DNA from: Protoeuglena noctilucae
Lineage: Eukaryota
Assembly (NCBI GenBank): GCA_958009085.1
Contig: OY253671.1
Span: 1,364,001-1,428,000 of the forward strand
Length of the DNA stretch: 64,000 nt
Direction: 5' to 3'
How positions within the stretch are numbered: position 1 is the first letter of the stretch; each line of letters begins with the position of its first letter. The position numbers and the translations under genes are program-made. The notes below the pieces were generated by a model that saw only the letters and a list, made by a program, of their open reading frames with translations, searched no databases and was not told the origin of the DNA. Shown here in pieces: positions 37,620 through 50,082 of this stretch.

Positions 37620-40600
37620 TCATGCGTTGCGTGCAAACTTCTCAGGTTTGGCCCAGATGCGCTTGGCAATGTCGTCCTTCGGGTACGGAAAGAGCTTGTC
37701 GACGATGCCGATCAGATTTGCGCGGCGCTGGACCTCCTGCGGGCCGGCACGGGAGGCCGCTGTCCGCAGTGCCCAGCAGCACTGGCAAGGAAGCCACCAG
37801 TCACCCACAAAGTCCTTCTCGCCTGGAGTTTGATCTGCTCCTCGTCCGTCAATCGCGGCACGAGCGCCCCCGGCGTGTTGTCCAGCGATGACGCGTAGTT
37901 GCCCCGGTGGGTGCGGAAGGTCGTCCCCCCCCGAGTAGTGAAGCGCTGGTAGTTGATATCGTACTTCTCGTGGAGCGCGCGGAGGATGGGCTCCGTGTAG
38001 TGCAAATTCTCAAGCGTCTCCCTCTGCGCGGACACCGGGCGTCGCATCACGCCCGTGTGCACCTCGCAATGCCCACCTCGCAATGCCCACCTAGGCACAG
38101 GGCTTGCGCAACATCCCTCGCCTTTGCCAGATCCTTGTTAAGCTTGTGCTCATGAAGACGGTGCGCGCTGAGCGAGATGCGGGCCTTGAACCGTGCCAGC
38201 TCACCGTTGCTCCGCGCCTGTGTCACCAGCACCTCCCGCAAATCCCGGGCCAGCTGCCCGTCCCACTCTATCTTCACGTTCCCGCTCGAGGGGATGAACT
38301 TGATGCGGGCGTTGCGGGGATTCCTGCAGCGATGGCGACGCCCCTGGCATGTCCCGCCCGGCCCCACCCCAGCAGTGCAGCCCGGCGCAACCCCACCCCA
38401 CGCACCGGAGCCTCCTCCCCTGCAGCAGCAGCTCCAGGGCGTCGTCCATCGTCCACTGGCTGCCCTCAGACACGGGCACCCACCGCGTAACCCCGCCCTC
38501 GCCCTGGACCTCCTCGTGCCGCGTGACGGGGAACTGGAAGAACACGCGCGCCTCGACGGGGCGTGGGGACCCGCGGAGCTCGAACAGCATCGACTGGAAC
38601 TGCCTCGCCAGCTGCTCGGCCCGGGTGGGGTCCTCGACGAGGGCCAGGGCGTGGCCGGTGAAGCGGCCGGTGACGGGGTCGCAGACCAGCGACACGCCCT
38701 TGATGGATGCGAACTGGGACAGGGAGTCCTTGAGGTTCTCCTCTGCGGACCGACAGGCACGAGGCGTGGCGGACAGGAGCCAATGCGGGTGGGGGTGCGT
38801 GCAGGAAGGCGACTGAGCGCACGCGCACCGGGTGTCTGGGTGGAGATGTTGCTGCCGAAGGCGGGCGACAGGCGGGAGAGCAGCACCGCGTGGAGGCAGG
38901 GCTGCGGCGCCACCTCCTCCACCTCCTCGGCCCTCAGCTGGTCCGGGTACTTGTCCCGCAGCAACGCCTCCACCTTTTGGATGTGCTTGATGCGGACCTC
39001 CTTGCGCATCTCCCGGAATACCAATTGCATCTGCGAGCCGGGAATGCGCGGGGGGCGCTGGTCCTGGCCGGCCCGGCATACCAAGGCCGCAGCGCTGCCC
39101 CGCTCAGGGCCCGCCCCGCCCTCGCCTGCCGCCACTGCAAGGCGAGGTCGTACTCGACGGTGTTGGTCTGGCAGAAATGTGCAGACTCGTGCTCCACCGG
39201 CACCACCTCGAGCTGCTCGCCGAACGCCCCCGACAGCGTCGCCCCGTCCGACATCTTCAGCACCCTCAGGTGGCCGGAGAACTTGCCCTTGGTGCTCGTG
39301 GCCTGCAGAAACGGACGCGAACAGGGTTGGGGGCGCCAGGGACGCCAGATTGGCAGGCATGCATTAACAGCGGCCACGATAGCTGCTGGATCCACACCTC
39401 GTACGTCCACGTGGGCCGATGGGCGAGGACGGGTCGCAGGATCGGATCCTTCGGGCCTTTGACGTAGGCGATGTTCAGGACCCGAATGGCCAGCCCCGCT
39501 GACGTCTCGTCGGCAAATTTCGCCCACGCCCACCCCAAGCAGCGGCGCACGTGCTGCACCGCCTCGCCCGGCCCCTGGGCTTGCTGCCAGGGGGCCGCTG
39601 CGTTCTCCGAGCCCAGCACCGCCACGCGCGCCTCTTGCGGACGCAGCCATTCGGGCAGCTGCTCCAACAGCACCCACAGGGCGTCGTCGTCAAAGTGCTC
39701 GCCCAGGTTGTCCAAACAGACAAACGCGCGCGTGGAGGGGTCGACGCCCTCGCCCCACAGGCCCAGCTTCTCGGGCCCCAGCGCCCCGAACCTCCTCTCC
39801 AGCAGACCCAACGCGGCCTCGACCCTGTCCTTGGCGTCTCGGAGCTCTGGCGGGGCATGGCTGGGCACCCAGTCGGGCGCAGACGGGGCGACCGGCCCCA
39901 CTCTTGGCGGCGGGGGCGGGGGAGGGGGTCCCGGCGCGGGCGGGACCCCGCCGTTTGCCACCCGGGGCGCCGCGCCAGGCCTCCGTCGAGGGTCCCGCGG
40001 CGCAGGGCCCACCCGGGCCCCCGCGGGCTCCTCCCACATGGCGATGGGCCCAGCGAGGCCGAGGGGAGACGCGGACGCGGACCCGCCCGGCGCTGGCGGC
40101 GGCTGCACTCGTAAGGGCGCCACAAGCGCGGCTGCAGGCCCCAACCCAGCCCCTGCGCTTCGCCCCGCCGCGGTTGTGGGCGCTCCCTCCCCCTCTACCG
40201 CTCCGTCCCTCTCTTCCCTCGCATGCCCCAACGCGTTGCTCTTCGCCGCCACGTGCAGCTGGTGGCTCTTGATGTCCCCCGTGAAGTCGTTGGCGTTGTT
40301 TTTGAAGTGCTTGGCGACCCGCTCCTCCGTCCACAGCGGGTACTTGTCCTTGAAGACAGGGTCTGCCGCGATGGCCTTGGAGCTGAGGCCGTGCTTGCGC
40401 ACCATGACGTGAAGCTCGTCCAGCAGATCCTCAGACACGCGCGGTGCCACCGACTGCGCCCAAGGCCAGAGACGATGGTGGGCCCGGGCAGAACGGGCAT
40501 GCCGCAGACGGGGCTGCCGCGCACAAACAGCCCCGTCAGCTCTGCGCCAGTGGGTGCGCCAGTCGCGCTCACCTTCTCCATCCCCCGCTGTTTGACGACG

Positions 40601-42810
40601 CCACCGCCGGCCTTGGCAGCCAGGGCCGCCCCCATCCCTCCATGCTCCCGGCCTTTGGCCCCCACAGGGACCGTCGACTTCCTGACGCGATTCCCCATAA
40701 GCTGCCCCGGCTTCGACCCCATCCGCTTCAGCTGTGGGGCTGGCCGTCTCTTCATCACGTCCAAGTTGGCAAGTGCCCCGGCCCGGAAGATGCCGTTGGG
40801 CCGCCCCTGCGCACAGCGGGCGCCATGATCGGTGTCTATTGCCTGCATGCGATCTGGGGTCCCCGCAAACACCGCAGCAGCACTGCCCGCCATCGCAGCG
40901 CCAGACTTGCGCCCACCTCGGCTGTCGCTGCCGGCCTTCGCTCCGCGCCCCGCGATGCCCCCATCCCCACTTTGACGACCCCCGCCCCCGCCGATCCGTC
41001 TTCGCTGCTCTCTGACTCGCTGCTGTCCGAGTCTGACGAGCTCTCCTCGCTGCTCCCCTCGCCTCCCCCAGCCGAGGTGGACCCCCGCGAAGTGCTCTTG
41101 TCAGAGACGTCCTTGGAGTCCTCTCGCACACGCTTCACCTCCGCACGCCTGCCGCCTGCCGCCTGCACCTGCTGTCGAGGCCCCGCCTTGGCCCCCGCCT
41201 CCCTGGACCCACCCCGGCTCTCCGCGTCCCCGACATCCTCGGCGTCCACCCTGCCGGCCTCGCTGCCCCGCAGTGTGCCCCCGTCGCCCACCTCCATCAA
41301 CGCTCGCCTCTCCACGCCCCGACCCGCCTCCGTCTGGGGGCCAGCAGGGCCAGCTCCGGGCCCTGATGCCGGGCCAGCCACCCCCCCGCGGCCCTCGCTG
41401 GCCCCGCGACTCTTCTTGCGGGCCTGTGCCTCCCCGAGAGAAGAGCCCCCTGGCTGCTCCCTCCCTGCCGACCCGGGCCCCGTCTCCGCCGCCGCACTCG
41501 CCCGCCCCCCCTCCGTCGCCCCCTCCTCGGTTCCCTGTGACCCGGCCTCCTGCCCCGATGCCGCCCGCCGCCGCTCCCCCCGGGCCCTGCCCCCCTGCCT
41601 GCCGCGCTTGCGGGGCGTCCTCCGGTGCACCAAGTCGGAGAAGTCCTCCCCGCTGCTCTCCCCGCTCAGCAGACCCGCCTCCTCCTCCGCCCTCTTGCGC
41701 ACGTGCTCCGGCCGCCGATCCTCCACCACCAGCTCCGTGCCCATCGCGGGGTCGCCCTCCCTCGGCTCGTACACGGCGTCCTGGACGATGCGAGCGAGAA
41801 GGTCTGCGAGGCAGCCATAGGGGAGGGAGGGAGAGGACCCGCACAGGGGGCGCGGCTCGCACGCACGCGGCACCCTCCCCACGCTCGCCTGGATCAGACA
41901 CCTCCTCCTCGGTCCACTTCTTCCGCCCCTGCCTGTGAAAGACAACCGTGGGGCGTGCCGCGCGCAGGTTCACGTCCATGTCCATGTGCACACTCGTGGG
42001 GTCGAACGACTCCACCTCCTCCACCCGCACCACGTGCAGCTTGCCCTGGTGCCCCGGCATGAGGGGATCGCAGTAGACATAGAAGTCGCCGGTCTCCTCG
42101 ATGCGACACACCCATCTGGGTGGGCGAGAGGGGAGGCGGCTCTGAAAAACCCGTCCTGGGGTCCTGATAGCTGCCGTCATGTGGTCAGCCCACATGCCAG
42201 AGCTGCAGGCCTGCCTATCGGGCCCATGGGCGCCTATGGCACGTGTCGCCCAGCCTCACCCTGCCCACCACGTGCAGTTCCACAGCAGGTCCACACCCAC
42301 GCCGAGCTTCAGCCTGTTGAGGTCCAGGCGCTGATGTGGGGGTATAGGCCTGCGCAGGGCCAGGACTGCGACCTTGGGAACCGAGGCCGTCAGGCCCCAC
42401 GTCACTCGTGGCTGCGCGCAGACGCGCGTTCACCTGAGGCTCTCCAACGGAACAGCCTGTTCGTCCTTATCGGTCGCCACGGTCGTGTACCAGCCGCTGG
42501 CACCGTCCCTGGTCCACCGGCCATCGCGGACGTCTGGTTGAACCTCGTGGAGCTGGAGGCGCATGACAAGATCGCACGAGTAATATTCGCGCTCTTCTTC
42601 CGAGTATCGCCGGGGGTTCTTGAGCACCTTTGCGGGCCACCAGGAGCTTCCACAGCCTGCGGACACGGGCGGGCACACGTTCCGCGCCTCCGCGTCGAGG
42701 GATGCGCAAAGCGCCAGGAGACGCTCACCAGCTTCACGACATCCCTCCATCTCGACGTATGCGCCTTTCTTGGCCCACTTGGCCCACTCGGGCGGTGACG
42801 CTGGCCCCAT
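37620..42810 (-). CDS. Tandem Agenet + Myb/SANT-like + ASI1-like RRM module + AIPP1-like RRM module, about 13 exons
   Basis: Agenet: GAYVEMEG..GSSWWPAKV..LRPIPP and VDLLWNCTWWAGWV..FYVY. Myb-like: MVRKHG..IAADPVF. RRM1 followed by KFSGHLRV and HFCQTNTVEYDLALQW. RRM2: AVLLSRLSP..EENLKDSLSQF..FELRGSPRPVEA. All junctions traced in frame. Confidence 0.8.
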
Positions 42811-43055
42811 CGCGCCCGAGCGGCGAGCACCGCGGGCCTTCGTCAATCCGATGGCTCAGCCGTTTGCTTCGCCTCATTCCTCTCGCGGAACTAGAGACGT
42901 TCCAGCCCAGTCCAGAGAGTTTAAACTCAGTTTCTTTTTCACTGGCAAGTTGGCGCTAGAACGTGTTTGTTTGAAGCCGTTGTCAACCCCCGAGGCGCTG
43001 CTCCACCCGACACCGCGCTGAGCCCTCCTTCTGCGCGAATGGCGAAAGGCGGGGC

Positions 43056-43817
43056 ATGACGGCGGTGCTTTGGGGGGGGCATGTGGGCTGTCGCAGCTCC
43101 AAGCCGTGCCCCTCGCCAATCGCGCTCCGACGACTTGTGACTGGCGATGTGCTGACACGCCCCGGAATCCATGTGAAACGGCGCGGCAGGCTATGCGCCG
43201 TGTCAAGGCAAGGCGGTGGCGCTGTGTGAAGTCACACGACCTCGGGACCCGTTTTCGATGCGATCTCGCGCCGTGCTGCCCGTCACAGGCGTCCCGGCAT
43301 CGACTACGGGCTCCTCGTCGGTGATGTCGTCGTCCTCCTCGCGACGCTGGTCGCATCGGACCGCATCCCCGCGTCGTCCGAGGTGCCGCTTGGCAGCATC
43401 CTCGTCGGGTGCTGGACTGCAGTATCGATGGCGAAGGGGGACTACCGACGGGGCGCCGAGGTGGACGGCCAAGGCAGCATGGTCGACTTTACGCTCGGGT
43501 TCGACGCGACGAAAGCCCTGGAGGACGTGCTGGGCACGTGGTGTCTGTTCGCCCCGATGTCCATGCTGGTCTGGGCGTACAGCAGCTGGGGCTCTGACAT
43601 GCAGTTCAACGTCGTGCCGACGGAGCGAGCGCACCCTCCAGAGGCCGAGGTGTGACCTAGCTGCTGCCGCCTGCTGGGGCTGCGTGCTGCCTCACCCTGG
43701 CTAATGACCGCACCAACGTCCCCTGTCCTCGTGATGCAGGTCGTCGTTGCCGTCTTCATCACCGCGCTGTGTTGGCGCCTTTCGTGGTGCTGGCTGAATC
43801 CCCCACAGCAGGAGTAG
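43056..43817 (+). CDS. DUF3054-like small membrane protein, probably plastid-targeted
   Basis: LLVGDVVVLL..CWTAVSMAKGDY..TWCL..VVVAVFITALCWR resembles DUF3054. Exon 1 resembles a transit peptide and joins through a GC-AG intron at 43208-43288. Confidence 0.55.
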
Positions 43818-44091
43818 GGCTCTGAGGGGCTCTGACGTGGCTGGTACGAAGTACCGTACTTGTAGTGTCGTCCTATTGCCCTAGGTTTTCAAGCATTCGC
43901 TCCCCTTTTTCCCCCCGGTGAGCCTTAAAACTTGAACAGCACGGGAAGAGCGCTGCAGCTGCCGCCAGGGATGCTGTCCAGGCGTCTGCAAAAGGCATGA
44001 ACCCGGACCCCCGGCCAATTGCACTGCTGGCCGACTGATCAAGGCCGACCGGGGGAGGCGCGCGCACCCCGCCAGCAGCCAACTCCTTCAC

Positions 44092-47000
44092 ATGGCGGAC
44101 GTGGAGCATCGCATGGCTCTTCACCATGAACGGCTCGCGAACGCGTCCCCCACGCCTGTCCGGTGCACATCAGGTGCGTGGCCACGATGCGCGGCCAAAC
44201 ACGAGCACCGAATGCAAAAACGCGACCGCATGGCATCGGTCCCGGTCGCAAAGCTGCATCCTTGCCTCCGACCGCGCAGTGGACCATCGCACCCCAAGCA
44301 CGATGTCTATGTCGCACCTCACGACCAGGGCGAAGCAGAAACAGATGAAGGTAAAGCTACTTTTGCACGCGCGGGCGGAAGGGGCAGCCGCCCGAGCTTT
44401 GGGCGGCCAGCACCGAGCCGTTGCCATGTAGTGCCATGTACTGCCTTGCCATGTACTGCCCGCGTACCGTATTGCGCAGGCGGATCGCGACGGCGAGGTG
44501 GAGAGAGAAAACGGTCGCCTCGCAGGGCGTCTTGCGGGCATCGCTGTGCGCGAGATCGACCAGATGGCCCGGCCTCCGACGCACCGGACTTCGTTGGGTT
44601 CCGAGCATGCAATGCATGGGTACGTCCGCCTCGCCGGCAGCCGATACGGAGCGCTCCACATCCGCCTGACCCTCTGCTGCTGCTGTGTGTGTGCCTACGT
44701 GGCCGTGACTCCCGGCGCTGCAGGACGGCGCTGAGCTTCGACTCGTACCCCTTCATCGACTGCCGGCTACGTCGCCCCCCCAACCCCGTCCGCAACGGCC
44801 TAGCGCGGCACAGGCAGGATCGGGCCGACCGCATCTACCAGGAAAACCTCAAGATCCTGTCGCGCCTGGAAACCACGCCCGCGACAGAGATGCTGTCCAC
44901 GGTGGGGGCGCAGGGGGTGGGCCTCCGACTTCAGGCTAAGCCAGGCGCACGCAGACCTGGCGTTCACGCGCCCTCGCCTGTCCCCGCACCCGCAGCGTCA
45001 CCTGCGCAAGACGGCCCAGCGCCAGGAGCAGCGCATGCGCATGGTGCGCAGCCCCACCGTGTCGAGCCTGGGGTCCCACCTGTTCGCCACGGCGCGCCCC
45101 AACGGCCGCTTCCACGTCCTGGCGCGTATGGCGGCCACGTCCCCCGCCAAGCTCGGCGAGTCCGGGGTCCCCAACTTCCTCCCGTACGCCGGCCTGTCCC
45201 ACGGGGCGAGCCTGCGACCGTCGCGGCCCTTCGACAGCGACCCTGACCCATGGCCCCGCGGAGCCTGGGACGGGCCGGCGCCATCCCGATCGCGCAGTGC
45301 CGGCGACGGCCCTGCCCAGCCGGGCGACTGGCGGGAGTATCTGCCGGAACCCGACACGCACACCGGCGACGACGCCAACGCGGGCTGGGAGGCCCTGGGC
45401 CCGGCGTGGGCCGAGGCGGCGCAGGACCCCGCGAGGCGCGCGGCGCTGAAGAGGGAGATCAAGTACCGGTCAGTGCTGCAGTGAAAGCGGTGATTGAGAC
45501 GCGGCCTTGCCCGTCTTGCCTGACCGGTGGCTCTCGACCCCGCCGCAGGCGCAACCTGGAGTTCATGATGTCCGGTCGGCCCCCGGTGGGGTATGCGGTG
45601 GAGACGAGCTTCGCGGGGTACCGCCCCCCGTCCACCTACGTCACGGGCCGGCCCGAGTCGCCGTCTCTGCCCCCCATGGGTTCCCCTGACGCGACGGGGC
45701 GTGCCGGACGCCCCTGGCGACAGGCGCGCCCGCCAGCCACGGCGCCCGCTCGGCAAGGCGGCAGCCCCTGGCGCCCGGCGCCTCCGGAGGGCTCGGGAGG
45801 GGAGCCTGGTGCAGAGGGTCCCTTGGTGGTGCCGACTGCGCGGCTCATCCGACAGAGGCTGGGCAGCGCGGCGATGGGGCAGTACGGCCAGTCGCGGGTG
45901 CTGCTCGTCGGGGCGCGGAGGGCCGGACAGGCGGCGTCCACCCAAAGCCCGAACGCTGCCGGGGAGGCGACGGCGGGCGCGTCGCTGCAAAGTCGCTATG
46001 AGCGGTACGCGCGGCCACGCAGCCGCAGCCCGCCGGGGAAGAGACCGGCCAAGGCCCACCCGCATGGCCACGGCGCGCGTCAAGACGAGCCGGGGACCGC
46101 TGCCGACCTGGCCGACGCTGGGCAGCGGCCCTCGGACGTGCAGGGCGCGGGGGAGAGCCGCGCGGCGAGCACGCCGCTGGGGAAGCCGCAACCGAAGCCC
46201 CGGTCGCGCCCGGCTGGGTCTTCGGGAGCGCGTGTGTCCCCTGCGAAGGGATCTGCGCGTGCCAAGGGAGAGGTTGCAGTGTCCGAAGCAGCGGCGAGTC
46301 CCGGGCCTGCGCCGGGGCTGGCTCCCGTTCCGGGTGTGGTGAGCGACACGACAGATGGGGGCGCACGTGTCCAAGCGGAGCCCTGGGTGGGAGTGGGAGG
46401 AGAGAGTGGGAGCGCCGTCGAGGGTGCAGGGCAGGAGACGTCCCCTGCCGGGGCGGTGGGGCCAGAGGAACTCACCCCGGCGTCCCACAACCTGGCAGAC
46501 GATGGGATGGGCAGGGAGAGGGAAGAGGCGGGAAGCCACTACGACGAGGACTTTAAGGCCGAGGCGGAGGAGGGGCCGACTGGGGAAGCCGTGGAGGGGC
46601 CGGGAGTGGCGACGGAGCAGGCGGTCGCAGGGAGTGAAGGCGAGGGCTCGTTCGTGGAGCCAACGACTGGGGGCAGTAAGCCAGCGAATTTGGTTAAGGA
46701 TCCAGTGTCTGCGGGCGCTGACATTGTGCCCGCATTGGATGAGGGGAGCACGGGCGGGGAGGCCCCAGTGTCAGATGAGGCCCCGGTGTTGGCAGATGAG
46801 GCCCAGGTCTCGGCAGAGGTCCCGGTGTCGGATGAAGCCCCGGTGTCGGCAGAGGCCCAGGTGTTGGGTGAGGCCCCTGTGTCTGCCCAGGTGTCGGCAG
46901 AGGGTCAGGTCTCAGATGAGGTCCCGGTGTCAGACGAAACCCCAGTGTCGGCAGAGGCCCAGGTGTTGGGTGAGGCCCCTGTGTCTGCCCAGGTGTCGGC

Positions 47001-49215
47001 AGAGCCCCCCTCCGTGCTTCCGGAGGAAGTAGTGTCGGCTGAAGACGCAGTGCAGACCCAGGGAGGTGGGGTTAGGGAGTCGGAAACCGGGGAGGGCGAC
47101 GTGGGCCTGGCGGGGCAAGCAGGGGAGGAGACCGGCGGGGATGTGGCAGCGCCGCACGAGTCGCCTGACGCAGTGGCCCAGGAAGACCAGGCCCCGCTTG
47201 ATGAGGGGATCGACGAGCCAGCTGCCTCGGGTGCCGGGGAGGTCGCCGCCCCGGAGTTGGCGGGGGCGGAGGTGGTGGAGGCTGAGAAGGCAGAGCCCGC
47301 GCCAGGGGCAGACTCAATGGCAGGGGCTGGCCCCGTCGGGGAGCAGCGGGCCCTGCGTGCGGTCGCCAGCCGCGTGTCTCTGCTCCTCAAGCAGCGGAGC
47401 CGGGAGGCGTTGTCCGGGGACGCTGGCGGGCGGGAAGAGGGCGCGGGCAGAGTGGAGGCCGTACCGGAGGCGCCAGCGGAGGGGGACGGCGAGGAGGAGG
47501 AGGACGAAGACGGGGGCGGTCTGCCCCAGACGGTCGAGGACGCGCAGTGGCTGCTGGGGCAGGCGCAGGGCCTCCGGAGCGCGGGGGACGCCCCGGACGC
47601 CCTGTCGGTGGCGAGCATGTGCGTCAAGGCGACGGCGCTGCTGTGCGCGGGGGGCGACGACGAGGCGGTGGAGGCGCACACGGAGGCGCTGGAGCTGATG
47701 CAGGGGTGGCTGAGGGAGGCGGCGGTTGATGAGGGCGTGGAGCGCATTGTAACGCTGTGCGACAGGGCGGGGGTAACCGTCGACTCGCTCCACGGGCACG
47801 AGGCGGCCCTGGTGGGCAAAGTCGTGTCGCTTCCGCCCGGCGTCCACCGCCTCACGACCCTCACCAGCTGCGCTGTCGTGGGCGCCCCCGGCCCCGACCC
47901 CGTGGTGCTGGAGGTGCAGGGGGAGACCGCCGTCACGCAGGTGGCCTTCGTCAACTGTGCCTTCCGCGCCCCGCCCGGCACGCGGCTGGAGGTCGCCTTC
48001 TGCACAGTCCTGGCGCCCGACGGGGATCGCCCCGCCGTCCTTGCCGAGGGCGGAGGTGTGACACGGGTGGCGCACGGCAGCTCATGACGGTGCCTCGGTG
48101 CTGCATCTCATCCGCGACCACCCCTCCCCTGCCCCCGCAGCTTCCCTGGCCATCGAGGAGTCCTTTTTCGAGGCCCTGCCCCGGGACTCTGCCTCGCCTG
48201 CCCTCGCCCGTCCCGCCCCCGCCCTGCTCTTCGACTCCCCCTCCGGCTCCCTGTCCCTCTCGGGTGTCGACTTCTCGGGGTTCTCCGGCGGGGCGGTGCA
48301 CGTGGCGGCGTGCGCGGCGGCGGAGGCGGACGGCGTGCATGTGGCGCGGTGCCGAGTGCCGGACCAATCGGTGGGGCTCGTGCACTGCGGCGGGGTATTC
48401 GAGCGCGGCGTGGGGCACGCGCATGGCGTGGCGGGCGGCGACCCAGATGACCTGGGCCCCCCGGGGGAGGCGGAGGAGTGGGCGCGGCCAGTCCGAGTGG
48501 CAGCCACGGCGCGGGACGTGGTGGTGGCGGCCTGCACGGGCGCCGCGTTCATGGCGGGGCCGGGCGGCGCGCTGTCCCTGCAGCGTTGCAAGGTCAAGGC
48601 CGCGACGGTGGGCATCGTGGCGGCGGGCGGGGGCAAGGTCGACGCCACCAACGCAGGTGAGGGGACCGCTACGCTGCGCTGCTCGTTGCCTGGGGTGACG
48701 CCTGCTGCGATGCGGCCGTCGATGTGACACCACCTCTCCTGTCACAGCCATCACGAGGTGCGCGGGCGCGGGCGTCCAGGCCTCGCACCACGGCGCCGTG
48801 GTGCTCCGATCCACGACCATCTCCGAGTGCCCTGTGCCAGTGGCGCGCATCTCCATGGGCACCGTGGATTCGCGGGGGGCCGTCATCAGGTGCCAGTGTG
48901 CGAGGCGCTGGGGCTTAGGAGCTGGGTCCGCCTAGACCCCTCCCTTAGCCGACCTCTGCGCATCGCGCCGCTTGCAGCAAGGCCGAGGGAGAGGGAGAGG
49001 AGAGTGGGGAGGACGGTGCGGAAGGCGGCAGGGACGGGGCTGCAGGTGGGGACGACTCGCCGTCGGAGGTGCAAGGGGAGCTGCGTGCGGCAGTGGTCGA
49101 GGAGGAGGAGGAAATGGGAGCCGGCATGGGCGAGGGAGGGGCAGAGCGCGACTCAGGAGAGGGGCAGGCGGTCGGCGATGAGCAGAGGACGGAGGGGGAT
49201 CAAGAGGCCCCATGA
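44092..49215 (+). CDS. CFAP97/KIAA1430-like N-terminal domain, long acidic linker and C-terminal right-handed beta-helix-like domain
   Basis: HHERL..VDHRTP..SHLTTRAKQKQMKADRDGEVERENGRL and RADRIYQENLKILSRLE match the KIAA1430/CFAP97D pattern. C-terminal GAAFMAGPGGALSLQRCKV, GIVAAGGGKVDA and GVQASHHGAVVLRSTTISEC look like beta-helix rungs. Junctions traced in frame. Confidence 0.65.
46758..47004 (+). repeat. Coding minisatellite: degenerate 18-bp unit (EAPVSD/EAQVSA) with a 60-bp exact higher-order duplication
   Basis: gtgtcggcagaggcccaggtgttgggtgaggcccctgtgtctgcccaggtgtcggcagag occurs at 46843-46902 and again at 46945-47004. Confidence 0.9.
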
Positions 49216-49294
49216 ACTGGTTGTGGTTCAATGCCTAGGCTAGCCCATTAGGAGAGTATCAGAGTATTAGAGTGTCGATCGCAGAATGAAGATC

Positions 49295-49882
49295 TCAAAT
49301 CCTGCCGTCCTTCTGGCGCACGATGTGGGCACCACCAGCCAGCGCACGTAGCAGGCTAGCCACGTCCCCCAGGGGCCCTGACGACCGTTGCGCCTGCGTG
49401 GCACAGTAACGGGCGCACGTGTGCACCTTCAGGACCCCTCCCATGGGCACTTCTCGCGAGGTGGCTGGGAGACGCACCTTGGACGCGTCGTCCATCTGCC
49501 CTCCCGCGTTCAGAGCTGCCACTGCCTCGGCGTTGAGGTCCTCCTCCCCGGCGCTCGCGTTGATGAGGTCCGCGTACGCTGCCTCCGCCTGCTCTTCCGC
49601 CGTGCCGAGCCCCGCGCCGGGGCTCAGTCCTGCGAGAGTGCCGAGTCTGTGATGACGGACGAGGTTCTGAGGGACATAGAGCAGCCAAACCTTGATTTTT
49701 TCGACACCTTGCTGGGCCTGCCGCTTCGCATTTTCGAGTGCTTGGGCCAGGAAAGCGTCACGGTCGTCCACGCCTGCGGACCGGCGCAGGTGTCGGTGCC
49801 GAGTTGCAGATAAAGGTGACGAGCGGGCGGGAACAATCAGTAACGTCGATAGCATCGGCGCAGAAACATTCGTGGCACGCAT
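49295..49882 (-). CDS. Small hypothetical protein, probably plastid-targeted
   Basis: Ser/Arg-rich N-terminus, then GLSPGAGLGTAEEQAEAAYADLIN and LLRALAGGAHIV. Two plausible in-frame GT-AG introns. Confidence 0.55.
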   Translation of the reverse strand: MRATNVSAPMLSTLLIVPARSSPLSATRHRHLRRSAGVDDRDAFLAQALENAKRQAQQGVEKIKVWLLYVPQNLVRHHRLGTLAGLSPGAGLGTAEEQAEAAYADLINASAGEEDLNAEAVAALNAGGQMDDASKVRLPATSREVPMGGVLKVHTCARYCATQAQRSSGPLGDVASLLRALAGGAHIVRQKDGRI

Positions 49883-50082
49883 GACTCAGTGCAGCGATGC
49901 GTCGCTGTCCAACGCACCGGCGGTGAAGCTCCGGCCGATATCACACCGGTCACTGACCGACGGTGGCGCTGCCGGTTGCCAGAGACATCCTGAGCCGTTT
50001 CTCCGCCGGGGGTCGACTGTCCTCATTACCCCCATCTCGTTTGCTCTGAGCATGGGGCCCTAGTGCCGCGCTCTTGCAGCGG

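Noticed and set aside
38060..38092. 14-bp direct repeat cacctcgcaatgcc x2
   Set aside because: Lies in a probable intron with no terminal inverted repeats; simple slippage.
46758..47004. Tandem repeat considered as a CRISPR array
   Set aside because: No unique spacers; the units are degenerate and lie in frame within a coding exon.
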